Origin: Candidatus Bathyarchaeota archaeon
GTDB taxonomy: Archaea; Thermoproteota; Bathyarchaeia; 40CM-2-53-6
Assembly: GCA_963733055.1 (NCBI GenBank)
Contig: CAVTBR010000001.1
Coordinates: 1,024,001-1,088,000 of the forward strand
Length of the DNA stretch: 64,000 bases
Reading direction: 5' to 3'
The notes below the pieces were generated by a model, which was given only the letters and a program-made list of their open reading frames with translations, was not told the origin of the DNA and did not search any database. Made by a program: the position numbers and the translations under genes. The stretch's first letter is position 1. Every line of letters begins with the position of its first letter. Of the stretch, positions 8,790 through 17,534 are shown in pieces.

Positions 8790-9731
8790 ATGAAAACATC
8801 GCGGCTAACACTTGGTCTCATGATTCTTATCGTGGCGCTATCGGTCGTAGTTGTTGCCCACGCGCAAGCCGCTCAAACGAGCTATACGTTGAAGCTGAAC
8901 TATTTCTCGGTTCAAATGACTTACCCCTCACAAGTTAACCCAGGTGACCTTGTGACGGTTAACGTCCAGGCGAATGCGAAGAGCGGTATCAGTGGTGCGA
9001 CTTTGACGGCACAGATCTTCTACGTGGACGGCAATACTCTTCGTCAATTGACATCGGCTACGTTGACTAATACTGGCGGAAGTTCCCTCAGCAAGCAAAT
9101 TACTTTCACGGTTCCGCAAGATGCTCCAAGAACTTCCTTGTTTGCCTCTGTAACCGAGAATGTTCAGACGGGCTACGCTAACTCATACGCTAACTACTAC
9201 TCTTACCCGGGCTACTATAATTCCTCTAGTCCTTACTGCTACTACTACCCTGACTACTACGATTACTATGGATCCTGCAGCTACAGTTACAGCTATTACC
9301 CATACTCCTACCCGTACTCATACGGCTTCAGCTGCGCGTACCCATCATACTCCTACTCCACCGCAACCGACAGCGGCGTAGCACCCTTATCATACATCAA
9401 AGCCCAAACGCCAGAATACACCGCCCTTCAATCACAGTACCAGTCAGTTGACCAACAGCTCAACCAGAGCCAAGCACAGAACCAGCAACTTCAACAACAG
9501 CTCCAGAACGACCAAAACACAATAGCGCAAAAGAACGCGACCATCGCTAGCCTGAACCAGCAACTCAACACAAACCAAAACACGAATACAACCCTAGAAG
9601 CAGCTGCAGCGGGCCTCGGAATACTTGCCATCATCTTCGGAGCTTTCGCGGTACACTCTAGAGGAAAGAGCAGCAAACAAGCCCCGCCAACAAACACGCA
9701 AACTCAACAGTCAACTACCAAGGAAAGCTAA
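8790..9731 (+). CDS. Surface protein: Ig-like domain, Tyr/Ser-rich insert, Gln-rich coiled coil, TM anchor
   Basis: Signal peptide; GGAGG SD; composition. Confidence 0.8.
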   Translation: MKTSRLTLGLMILIVALSVVVVAHAQAAQTSYTLKLNYFSVQMTYPSQVNPGDLVTVNVQANAKSGISGATLTAQIFYVDGNTLRQLTSATLTNTGGSSLSKQITFTVPQDAPRTSLFASVTENVQTGYANSYANYYSYPGYYNSSSPYCYYYPDYYDYYGSCSYSYSYYPYSYPYSYGFSCAYPSYSYSTATDSGVAPLSYIKAQTPEYTALQSQYQSVDQQLNQSQAQNQQLQQQLQNDQNTIAQKNATIASLNQQLNTNQNTNTTLEAAAAGLGILAIIFGAFAVHSRGKSSKQAPPTNTQTQQSTTKES

Positions 9732-9785
9732 GGAAACCTCCCCTCTCCCTTTTTCCATGAAATGTTTGTTACCTGGTGAATTTCG

Positions 9786-10007
9786 TTGCTCGGATTACTG
9801 ATTCCGTCATTCTCTTCAACCGAGTTGATCATCTTCGCCGTCCTCGTAATTGTCGGCATAATCATTATTCTCGTGCTCTCCGCCGTGATCCATTTCATAC
9901 TCCCAATCATCGCGGCGGTCGTCGTGTGGTTTTTCACGGGAAGCTTGCTTTACGCTGGAATCGCCTTCTTGGCGGTAGCGATACTGCAACTGTTAGTAAG
10001 GAGATAG
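9786..10007 (+). CDS. Small hydrophobic membrane protein
   Basis: GGTGA SD before TTG; about three TM segments. Confidence 0.65.
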   Translation: MLGLLIPSFSSTELIIFAVLVIVGIIIILVLSAVIHFILPIIAAVVVWFFTGSLLYAGIAFLAVAILQLLVRR

Positions 10008-10035
10008 TAGATCGGGAAGAGGAAGGAGCTCGTAC

Positions 10036-10416
10036 ATGCAAATTCCTACGCAAACAGATGAAGAACTCTTCCTGCTGACGGGATGGGTAGCTTACATTCT
10101 AATCAGATTGTTAGCAGACTCTGTGAGACTAAGGATCTTCATCGATTTCAAAGACCGACAATTCAAGATTACAAGGCTGCCGCCCACGACTGGGGCCACG
10201 AATAAGGTTCAAAAATTGGGCACGAAAATGTTCGGAGGAAAGGAAACTGCCCCTGCTAGTCACATCCATCACTTCGTCTTTGGAATGATTCTAATGCCCG
10301 TCACATTCCTTGCCTTGTACTGGCGTCTTTGGTTTGGGCCGGTGTTGGTAGGTATTGTCATGGCTCTGATATTTTCCGAAATAAAAGAGCTGATCCTGAT
10401 GCAGTGGGGTGCGTAG
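10036..10416 (+). CDS. Membrane protein with HIHHF motif
   Basis: TM helices; HIHHFVFG. Confidence 0.7.
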   Translation: MQIPTQTDEELFLLTGWVAYILIRLLADSVRLRIFIDFKDRQFKITRLPPTTGATNKVQKLGTKMFGGKETAPASHIHHFVFGMILMPVTFLALYWRLWFGPVLVGIVMALIFSEIKELILMQWGA

Positions 10417-10540
10417 TCCCACGCATGGTCCATGTGGTAGAACGCAGAACAGTCGGGTAGAATCTTCCACTCATCCCTAAGCGTTGGTAGGGGTAGGTAG
10501 TCATGCGATGTAATGGTTGTATGGGGAGGTGAATTGATAG

Positions 10541-10639
10541 TTGAAACAAAGAATTTTGCTTCCTGCCTACGCCTACGCATACAACCCTTGGTACGGTATG
10601 TACCCATACATGACATGGCAGGAGTATGACGTGGAATAG
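10541..10639 (+). CDS. 32-aa Tyr-rich peptide MKQRILLPAYAYAYNPWYGMYPYMTWQEYDVE (not in ORF track)
   Basis: GGAGGTGA SD at 10525-10532, 8-nt spacer, TTG start, tandem TAGTAG stops. Confidence 0.55.
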   Translation: MKQRILLPAYAYAYNPWYGMYPYMTWQEYDVE

Positions 10640-10666
10640 TAGGACACGTAGGGACCGCTAGGATTC

Positions 10667-12532
10667 CTACGAAATTTTATTTATTTTTTCTTCGTCCTCT
10701 AATTCTGACTCCGATTCTTCCGGGAAGTTCGAAGCGTTGCCGCGGTTGACCAGCGCTTGATTTTGCTGGTCATTCATATATTGAACTGCTTCGCTGAATG
10801 AAGGCGGTAGATAGATTGGTTCTACGGTTGCACCGTGCAGGGCGTAGCCTTTTCGTGCCCCAATCAAGAACAGGATCGCCGCTAGGGAAACAGGAACCAC
10901 CGAGAGGAGTCCTATAGCAGTCTCCACTCTCGTTCCAGCGCTAGGAATCAGACTCGAGGCAAGAAACACGAGCTTCGAAGTTAGTGTTCGGGATATGATG
11001 GGGGTAACATAGTGTTGAGTAAACAATAACGCGGAAAGGATTCCACCCGTAAGAAGAGTCACCCAGCCAAAGTGTCTGAGGTGCTCTATCGATCGAATGC
11101 TGGAGTAGGGTAATTCGAGAGTGCTCCTGGACCAACGGCCTCGCTGAATAAACATCCTCCTCTCCGTAGCCGCAACTCTCACCGTGCCATGCGACCAAGT
11201 GCGAACAACATATTCGGGTTCCGAAATAGTGGATCTAACTTCTGAGGGTAGAGTACCCATTCCGGTTTCACGGTCGATTTCTCTTGTAAGTGCTGAGTCA
11301 AGTTGAGCGATGAGATTGGTCAGGGTGTACTTGCTTGCTCTTTGTCTAGCGTTGGACGAGAGTTTCTGCCATTTCGACTTGTCATCGACAAGGATAGTAA
11401 TGGCTGTAACGGCCCCGTCGATATCATCCGGGCCCTTGACTTCGATACCTTCGTCTCCATTCCTAACAATCCACGATTGTCCGCCGACGCCTGAAGTGAC
11501 AACTGGAACTCCTTCATACATGAACTCAAGCTGAGTCAGCCCAAGTGCTTCCATTCTGCTGAGTATGATGTTCACGTGAGAGTTTTGGATAAGTTGCACT
11601 TTGGTCTTTTCGCTAAGCTCGCCGATGTACCTCAGGTTAGGTAAGCTCTCTGACTTCTTCCTCACGGTGTCCGCATATTCTGAATCGCCCCTTCCACCAA
11701 TAATGAACTGGATATCGTTTCTGTTCCTCAACTTCTCCGCAACTTCAGCAATCGCGGCCGGGTTCTTTCTATTCTCGATTGTTCCCACGAAGGCAACGAT
11801 CTTAGAATGGTTCGGGATGCCTAGTTGTTTGAGGAATTCCTCCGGTTCGGATGACGAAAATTGGCTGAATGCGATGTCATCGACTCCGCCTGGAAATAGC
11901 AAGATTCTGTCTTTGGGCGCGCCCATCTTTATCTTAGCTTCTTCCTCGTACGGTGTCACTACTAGGGTGAGGTTGGCCACACGCAGTATTGTTCTCAGTG
12001 ATAGACGGTTCCAGGCCATTCGGAAGGATCGCTCGACCAGAGAGTATCGTCTGGGGGAGGGTTCTTGGAAGTGGGACATATGACAGAATATGAGGGGTGC
12101 TTGGTATCCTCCCAGAGCCTTGATGTTGCGTCTCCACTCGACGAACTTTGCCACCTCTTCTGGGCCGTTCCAGAGGGTGCTGTGTGTGATCAGGACGTTG
12201 AGTTGAAAGTCGTTGACTATCTTTTCCAAGGTGTGGACTATGTCTTTGAAGCCGACTCGGCGGGGGGGCCATTTTGATACGAGGCTCGCGACTCGGATGA
12301 CTGGGATGTCAAGTTCGATGTCATTGATGAGATAATAGCCCTTTTCACCCATCTGCTGTTCGCTAATGGTTTCCTTCCCGTCGTGATATACGCTCGTGAT
12401 CAGGTATGCCTCGTTTCCGATGTTTCTGAAATATCTGACCATTCGTTGGGCGACGAGCTCCTGTCCCTTGGTTCTACTCGTCTGGTACATTATCACCCCG
12501 ATGCGCTTCTTCAAACAGCCAATCGACCCCAA
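10667..12532 (-). CDS. GT4-family glycosyltransferase with C-terminal membrane domain
   Basis: GT-B motifs FVGTIENRKN and SRMEALGLTQLEFMYEGVPVV; C-terminal TM helices. Confidence 0.88.
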   Translation of the reverse strand: MGSIGCLKKRIGVIMYQTSRTKGQELVAQRMVRYFRNIGNEAYLITSVYHDGKETISEQQMGEKGYYLINDIELDIPVIRVASLVSKWPPRRVGFKDIVHTLEKIVNDFQLNVLITHSTLWNGPEEVAKFVEWRRNIKALGGYQAPLIFCHMSHFQEPSPRRYSLVERSFRMAWNRLSLRTILRVANLTLVVTPYEEEAKIKMGAPKDRILLFPGGVDDIAFSQFSSSEPEEFLKQLGIPNHSKIVAFVGTIENRKNPAAIAEVAEKLRNRNDIQFIIGGRGDSEYADTVRKKSESLPNLRYIGELSEKTKVQLIQNSHVNIILSRMEALGLTQLEFMYEGVPVVTSGVGGQSWIVRNGDEGIEVKGPDDIDGAVTAITILVDDKSKWQKLSSNARQRASKYTLTNLIAQLDSALTREIDRETGMGTLPSEVRSTISEPEYVVRTWSHGTVRVAATERRMFIQRGRWSRSTLELPYSSIRSIEHLRHFGWVTLLTGGILSALLFTQHYVTPIISRTLTSKLVFLASSLIPSAGTRVETAIGLLSVVPVSLAAILFLIGARKGYALHGATVEPIYLPPSFSEAVQYMNDQQNQALVNRGNASNFPEESESELEDEEKINKIS

Positions 12533-12690
12533 CCGTGGTTGCTGGCAGATAGTGGGCTATCGCTAATGTGTGTGCCGTTTCCCGGTAAGGATGACAAGGT
12601 TGTTTTGTAGTCGGGAGGTTCCCGGATAGGCCGATTAGCATCATGGTTATAACCGGAGGTCTACCGACACACGGTAGATAGGGAACTAAA

Positions 12691-13461
12691 GTGAAGATAG
12701 CCGCACTTTTCTCGGATTACGATGGGACTCTGTCGCCTCTAGAGGCTCGACGTGAAGACGCCGTCCTCTCTCCAATGCTGCGTCGACTGCTTACCAAGGT
12801 CAGCAAGCATGTCACATTTGGAATCGTTACCACCAAGGATCTCGCTTTCATCAGAGAACGAGTTCCATTCGCACACGGGATCTCCGCAAGTTGCGGTTTG
12901 GAGATGCAGATTGGCGAGCAGACAATGCTCGATGAAAGGGTACAGCAGCGCAACGAGGGTTTTGAGAAGACATACCAGGACGTCCTTAGAAAAGTCCTAC
13001 AAGCTCGCGACAATCTGGTGATTGAGAGAAAGGAGTCAGATGACGAGAACCTAATCGCTTTCTGTATCGATTGGAGAATGTCGCGCAACTGGGATGAGGC
13101 CAAACGGATGGCTGCTCCTCTGTTAACCTATTGCAAAGACCATGGGTTGTATGTCGTCGAAGCCGACGCAAGTCCCTTCGCAAACGTGTTTCCAGTCAAA
13201 GTCGACAAGGGTGAAGCGTTCAACACGCTGAAGCGAGAATTGAAAGTTACTGGCCCGATAATATATCTGGGTGATTCAGAGGCGGACGACCCGGCATTTG
13301 AGGTCGCCGACGTTTCGATAGGAGTCAAGCATCGTCGCGTAATGCCCAAGCTCCATTGCAAATATCGAATCGAATTCTTTGAACTCGAAAATCTTCTGAC
13401 TAAGCTAATAGATTCAGATTACGACTTCCAAGAGAACATGGCTTCGAAGAACGTGGAATAA
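12691..13461 (+). CDS. HAD-IIB hydrolase, trehalose-6-phosphate phosphatase-like
   Basis: DYDGTL motif I, VDKG, YLGDSEADDPAF. Confidence 0.8.
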   Translation: MKIAALFSDYDGTLSPLEARREDAVLSPMLRRLLTKVSKHVTFGIVTTKDLAFIRERVPFAHGISASCGLEMQIGEQTMLDERVQQRNEGFEKTYQDVLRKVLQARDNLVIERKESDDENLIAFCIDWRMSRNWDEAKRMAAPLLTYCKDHGLYVVEADASPFANVFPVKVDKGEAFNTLKRELKVTGPIIYLGDSEADDPAFEVADVSIGVKHRRVMPKLHCKYRIEFFELENLLTKLIDSDYDFQENMASKNVE

Positions 13462-13472
13462 CCGACACCGCG

Positions 13473-13516
13473 TCGAGTTTTCTACCGGGCACCTTCGATT
13501 TCTACCGGGTCCACCT
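13473..13516 (+). repeat. Imperfect 22-bp tandem duplication
   Basis: TCGAGTTTTCTACCGGGCACCT / TCGATTTCTACCGGGTCCACCT. Confidence 0.6.
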
Positions 13517-13556
13517 AGTCTTAACCCCCACTGGTTGTTAATCAGGTACGGAGGTC

Positions 13557-14039
13557 ATGGAAAAATTGAATGGAATTTCGCCACTGAAGCATGGCTTTGT
13601 GGACTTAGCCGCGATACTGTTTGTCATCGGCGGCGTAGTTAGTCTCGCGATGACCGTTCTAGCCTTGCCCATCAACATGAGCAACCCTCTCAGCATGCCG
13701 ACCGGCTTAACGGCTGCGTCTATTGTCGTTCTAGCCGTGATGCTGATCTCCTCGTTGGGAGCTATCCACTGTTTCTCGCTAGCAGGCAAGCGCATGCTCT
13801 CTGAGGCGGGCATAAGGGGGATCGTGTTCGGAGCATTACTCCTTATCTTCAGCTTCGGTCTAGGCGCCAGCAACCTGAGTGTTTCAGGAACAACTTTGCC
13901 AGCAGCCTTACTCACACAAATCAGTGCAATTCTAATCGTAATCGGGGGCATAATTTGCTTCGCTCTGAGACACACCGCCGTATCCGCTTCGCCAATCGCG
14001 CGGCAACATGCCATCGCTCAACCAGCGTATCAACCATAG
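13557..14039 (+). CDS. Four-TM membrane protein
   Basis: GGAGG SD; hydrophobic helices. Confidence 0.7.
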   Translation: MEKLNGISPLKHGFVDLAAILFVIGGVVSLAMTVLALPINMSNPLSMPTGLTAASIVVLAVMLISSLGAIHCFSLAGKRMLSEAGIRGIVFGALLLIFSFGLGASNLSVSGTTLPAALLTQISAILIVIGGIICFALRHTAVSASPIARQHAIAQPAYQP

Positions 14040-14109
14040 AACGAGTTCGCGCAGACGAATCCAAACCCTTTTCTTCACGCCCTGTTTTCTTCAATCGGGG
14101 CGTGCAAGT

Positions 14110-15205
14110 TTGGCTTCTAGAACTGTAGTGGTACTCATCCTCGTCATCCTCATCCCATCCCTGTCACTGTTTCCGTCCACATACGCAGGCTTCCGGGCAG
14201 TGGGTAAAGTACGCTGGCAATTATCCTATCTTCACTCCCACCTCGGGAAGTTGGGATGGGGACTACGTAACTACTCCGAGAGTGCTCTATGATGGCACCA
14301 CGTTTAGGATGTGGTACCAAGGCGGCTTGTCCGGCGTTAGTAAGATCGGCTACGCAACTTCAACTAATGGGATAAACTGGGTAAAACACGGCGCTGTTCT
14401 AACCCCCGGCCTAACGGGGGAGTGGGATAGTTCCTCCGTCGCGTTGGGATCTGTGACCTGGAATGGTACGGCATTCCTGATGTGGTACACAGGGAGTAAC
14501 GCTACTATCTATCCCGGAGGAGCAGTTGGGTTCGCGGTATCCAATGACGGATTCAGCTGGGTGAAGTATTCAGGCAACCCAGTACTCACTCCGTCAGAGT
14601 TGGGAAACGATCAGAAGTATCTCGCCACTCCATACGTCATCCGGCTGAACCTCACATACAACATGTGGTACAGTGGGAAAAGCGCCGCAACGCCAAACAT
14701 TAACAGAATCCTCTACGCGACATCTACTGACGGGATCAAATGGTCCAAGTGGCCTGGCCCGGTGTTGTCGCCCGCATCGGACCCCAAAGCATGGGATGCT
14801 AACGGCGTTTACTCTCCATCGGTATTCTGGAACGGACAAATCTTCGGTCTGTGGTATACCGGAATAAACCAAACCGCTGCGGTTCCACGCATCGGATTTG
14901 CAACCGCTCCTGACGGCGCTACGTGGACACGATCATCAAGTAACCCAATTTTGGGCCCTGGGCCTCCGGGTAGTTGGGACTCTGCTGGAGTCGAACAGCC
15001 AAGCGTGGTTCAGGCTGGAAACAATTACATGATGTTCTATGATGGCTACAGCAACCTACAGGGGCAAAAGATTGGTCTAGCTCTAAGCCCGCAAGGCTTC
15101 TCTGTTCCCGAATTCCCCGCACCCGCGTTCGACATGTTCCTCGGACTAATCGCCTGCGCAGCAATCTGTTTGATCTACTACCGCCGACCGTCAACGCGAT
15201 CCTGA
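14110..15205 (+). CDS. Secreted five-bladed beta-propeller glycoside hydrolase-like protein with PEF-CTERM, frameshift near 14187
   Basis: Repeated W.K..GNPVL.P...WD...V..PSV blades; C-terminal VPEFP-TM-RR; signal peptide lies in another frame and joins on removing A14187. Confidence 0.78.
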
Positions 15206-15327
15206 AATTTCGGCAGAGACCCTGCCGAGTCTTTCGGCGTGGAATCGGTCATTCATCGAACCGCTCCCTGTAATAGTTCCTATCCGAACAATGCTTTAGA
15301 GAGTGAGCGGCGTTTAATGGGCGAGGA

Positions 15328-15717
15328 ATGGATTTGACAGATGCGCCATCAGGTCGGCAACAAGTCGAGAAAACTTTCGTCTACATGACAAACCTGAGCA
15401 GAGAATGCCGGAAGGCGCTCACGAGCAAATTTGAGCAAGAACACAAGGGTGTCCCATTCGAATCCGCTGAACTCACGATGCGGAAGGAAGTTGAAGCTTG
15501 GTTCACGGAGAGGGACAAGAACATCAGTGTGAAGCATGAAAGAAGCGACAAGGGCAGACCCGGCGAGATTCTGATGACCTACGCGGGGTCTACAAAAGAT
15601 GCCCATTTCAAGTTCCAAATCGACGCCCAATTCACCCTTTCAGGCGGTTCAGAGAAAGCACCCGCGTACCTCAAAGCATTAAACGTGAACGTAGACAAGA
15701 GAGATTTCACCAAGTAG
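15328..15717 (+). CDS. Hypothetical protein
   Basis: Protein-like ORF with GAGG upstream. Confidence 0.65.
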   Translation: MDLTDAPSGRQQVEKTFVYMTNLSRECRKALTSKFEQEHKGVPFESAELTMRKEVEAWFTERDKNISVKHERSDKGRPGEILMTYAGSTKDAHFKFQIDAQFTLSGGSEKAPAYLKALNVNVDKRDFTK

Positions 15718-15753
15718 CGCAAAGAGAGAAACCGCTCGGGGGTCGATCTGGCT

Positions 15754-16141
15754 TTGTCTGTAAACCCGTTGGAAGAGCTCAGCGGGCTCGCACGGGAGAA
15801 GAGCCGACGCTTGTTCGTCGCCGAAATGCCAATCGACCTTACCGCGAAACGCGACCAGTAACTGTGTTTTCGTTCTCGAATTACCGGGTTCTGCGCCCGG
15901 CGCCGCGGGTGGACGGGTTGGTGGGATAGGTGAAAGAAAAATACAGAAAGCGTATTGTTTCAGGCGAGTGGATGAAAACTGGATTAAGGTTTACGAAACT
16001 GATACTCTCGAAAAACTGGAGCGGTTCGAATTGCCATACCACGCCGCGGGTATGAGCGTAATCTTGCCCGATGGTACCGAGAGAGTAGTCTCGGGCGTAG
16101 TTGATCCGGAACTGATTCAGAAATACAATGAGGTCGTTTGA
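15754..16141 (+). CDS. Hypothetical protein split by a frameshift near 15848 (not in ORF track)
   Basis: MSVNPLEELSGLAREKSRRLFVAEMPIDLTA joins NATSNCVFVLELPGS...DPELIQKYNEVV if one A of AAACGCG is removed. Confidence 0.55.
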
Positions 16142-16576
16142 TCACTGCCGTATGACCGATTTGATGAGGGGCATCAAGACTTCAACGTCCTTACTTGAAC
16201 CAAGCTGGACCCTAAGCAGGCGGCTCATTCCACCGAGCTGCGCCTTATCAACCCAAGCCCTCAATCCCTCAGGAACCGTCGCGTCCGACTTGATCTTCGC
16301 CACCGACTTCTCTGGTATGAAGAGGAAGAGTTCGAGTTTTTCGCCGAAAAAGACTCTCACTCTCGGAGTTTCCCTTACGTTGTAGCTCGGTGCCTCAGCC
16401 TCTTTGAGTGGTTCATACTCCACGCTCTCAACCACGTCTTGTTCCGATTTCAACTGACCTCTAAGATAGGTGAATGCTTCTTGGCAGGCGGGACTGCCTT
16501 TGCTAGAGAGTTCCTCGATCGACAAATCATAACAACTCCTGAACGGAGAACTCTGTTCGGTAGAAAGATATATCAC
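16142..16576 (-). CDS. Hypothetical protein
   Basis: Protein-like ORF abutting the convergent gene. Confidence 0.55.
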   Translation of the reverse strand: MIYLSTEQSSPFRSCYDLSIEELSSKGSPACQEAFTYLRGQLKSEQDVVESVEYEPLKEAEAPSYNVRETPRVRVFFGEKLELFLFIPEKSVAKIKSDATVPEGLRAWVDKAQLGGMSRLLRVQLGSSKDVEVLMPLIKSVIRQ

Positions 16577-16620
16577 AATTGTCCATGTCGGGTCAGCTAA
16601 TCATAGGAGTAATAGCGGGC

Positions 16621-16722
16621 ATGCCCCACAAGCTAAGCAGGACGAATTTCAGGATTCGCCAACGTCAGAAAAAGAAGCAAAGGCACCGGAAACGAACTGG
16701 TTCTAGCAGAAAACCGAGCTAA
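16621..16722 (+). CDS. 33-aa Arg/Lys-rich micropeptide (not in ORF track)
   Basis: MPHKLSRTNFRIRQRQKKKQRHRKRTGSSRKPS; AGGAG upstream. Confidence 0.4.
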   Translation: MPHKLSRTNFRIRQRQKKKQRHRKRTGSSRKPS

Positions 16723-16785
16723 ATCGAGTACCTTTGAACTGGTTTACGAAGTCTTCCTCTCCAACGTGATAGAGGGGTCCCAACT

Positions 16786-16968
16786 TCACTGCACTTTGTT
16801 CAGGAATCGGTGGCATGCGCAAATATATTCCATTTTCCCGTCTGGATAGATCCACCTGTAATGCATTTGCCCTTTTTCATCGGTAAACGTTTCGCAGACG
16901 TTCTCCGTATACAGGCTTACGTGCGAGAACCTCCACTTTCCCTTCCCCGAATCAGGCGGAGTTGTCAT
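16786..16968 (-). CDS. Small hypothetical protein with His/Cys residues
   Basis: 60 aa, ends CACH; hairpin immediately upstream. Confidence 0.45.
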   Translation of the reverse strand: MTTPPDSGKGKWRFSHVSLYTENVCETFTDEKGQMHYRWIYPDGKMEYICACHRFLNKVQ

Positions 16969-17236
16969 CTAAGTTAGACTCCCAGGATGCTGCAGAGTCC
17001 AACTACCCTTCTAAAAACCATGGCTCCCATCCCGCATTCATGGTATCGGTTTAGGGTAAGGGCGAGATGATGAGATGAAGGTTAACCTTACGCCGATGCT
17101 TGGTAGGCCCGCCTGTGCCTTCGGCCCCTCATGAGAATATGTACCTGTTCGCGACGGGTTATGGTCATATCCCGGGCAACCCGAGTCAGAAAACGCATGA
17201 ATCGCGGCCCAATAACGCAGTGAAGCCTAGAATGAA

Positions 17237-17440
17237 CTAGTCTTCGGTGTACCCTTGATGGGGTGAGATGTTCTCACCCTCGAAGCTTGGAATGCATTCC
17301 GAGTGATGTTGACGGTAGTGGAGTTTGAGCCGTCGTTTGAGGCTGAAACGTCGAGTGCAATAGAGACAGGGATAGAGCCCGACGATCGGTAGATCATTGT
17401 TCGGGTCGCCATCTCCGTAGGCTTGGTACGCTTGGTTCAT
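17237..17440 (-). CDS. Small C2H2-type zinc-finger protein
   Basis: YPCLYCTRRFSLKRRLKLHYRQHH matches C-x2-C-x3-F-x5-L-x2-H-x3-H. Confidence 0.6.
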   Translation of the reverse strand: MNQAYQAYGDGDPNNDLPIVGLYPCLYCTRRFSLKRRLKLHYRQHHSECIPSFEGENISPHQGYTED

Positions 17441-17534
17441 GAATGCTCGCCACGGTTGAAGAGGAACTACAGGCTGTAGTTGTTAATTAAATGAGTGGAA
17501 CTAAGGTTCGCTGCTATTTACTGGGTTGCTTGTC

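Noticed and set aside
17055-17110. Possible C/D-box sRNA (ATGATGA within a GTAAGG/CCTTAC stem)
   Set aside because: No canonical CTGA D box at a suitable distance
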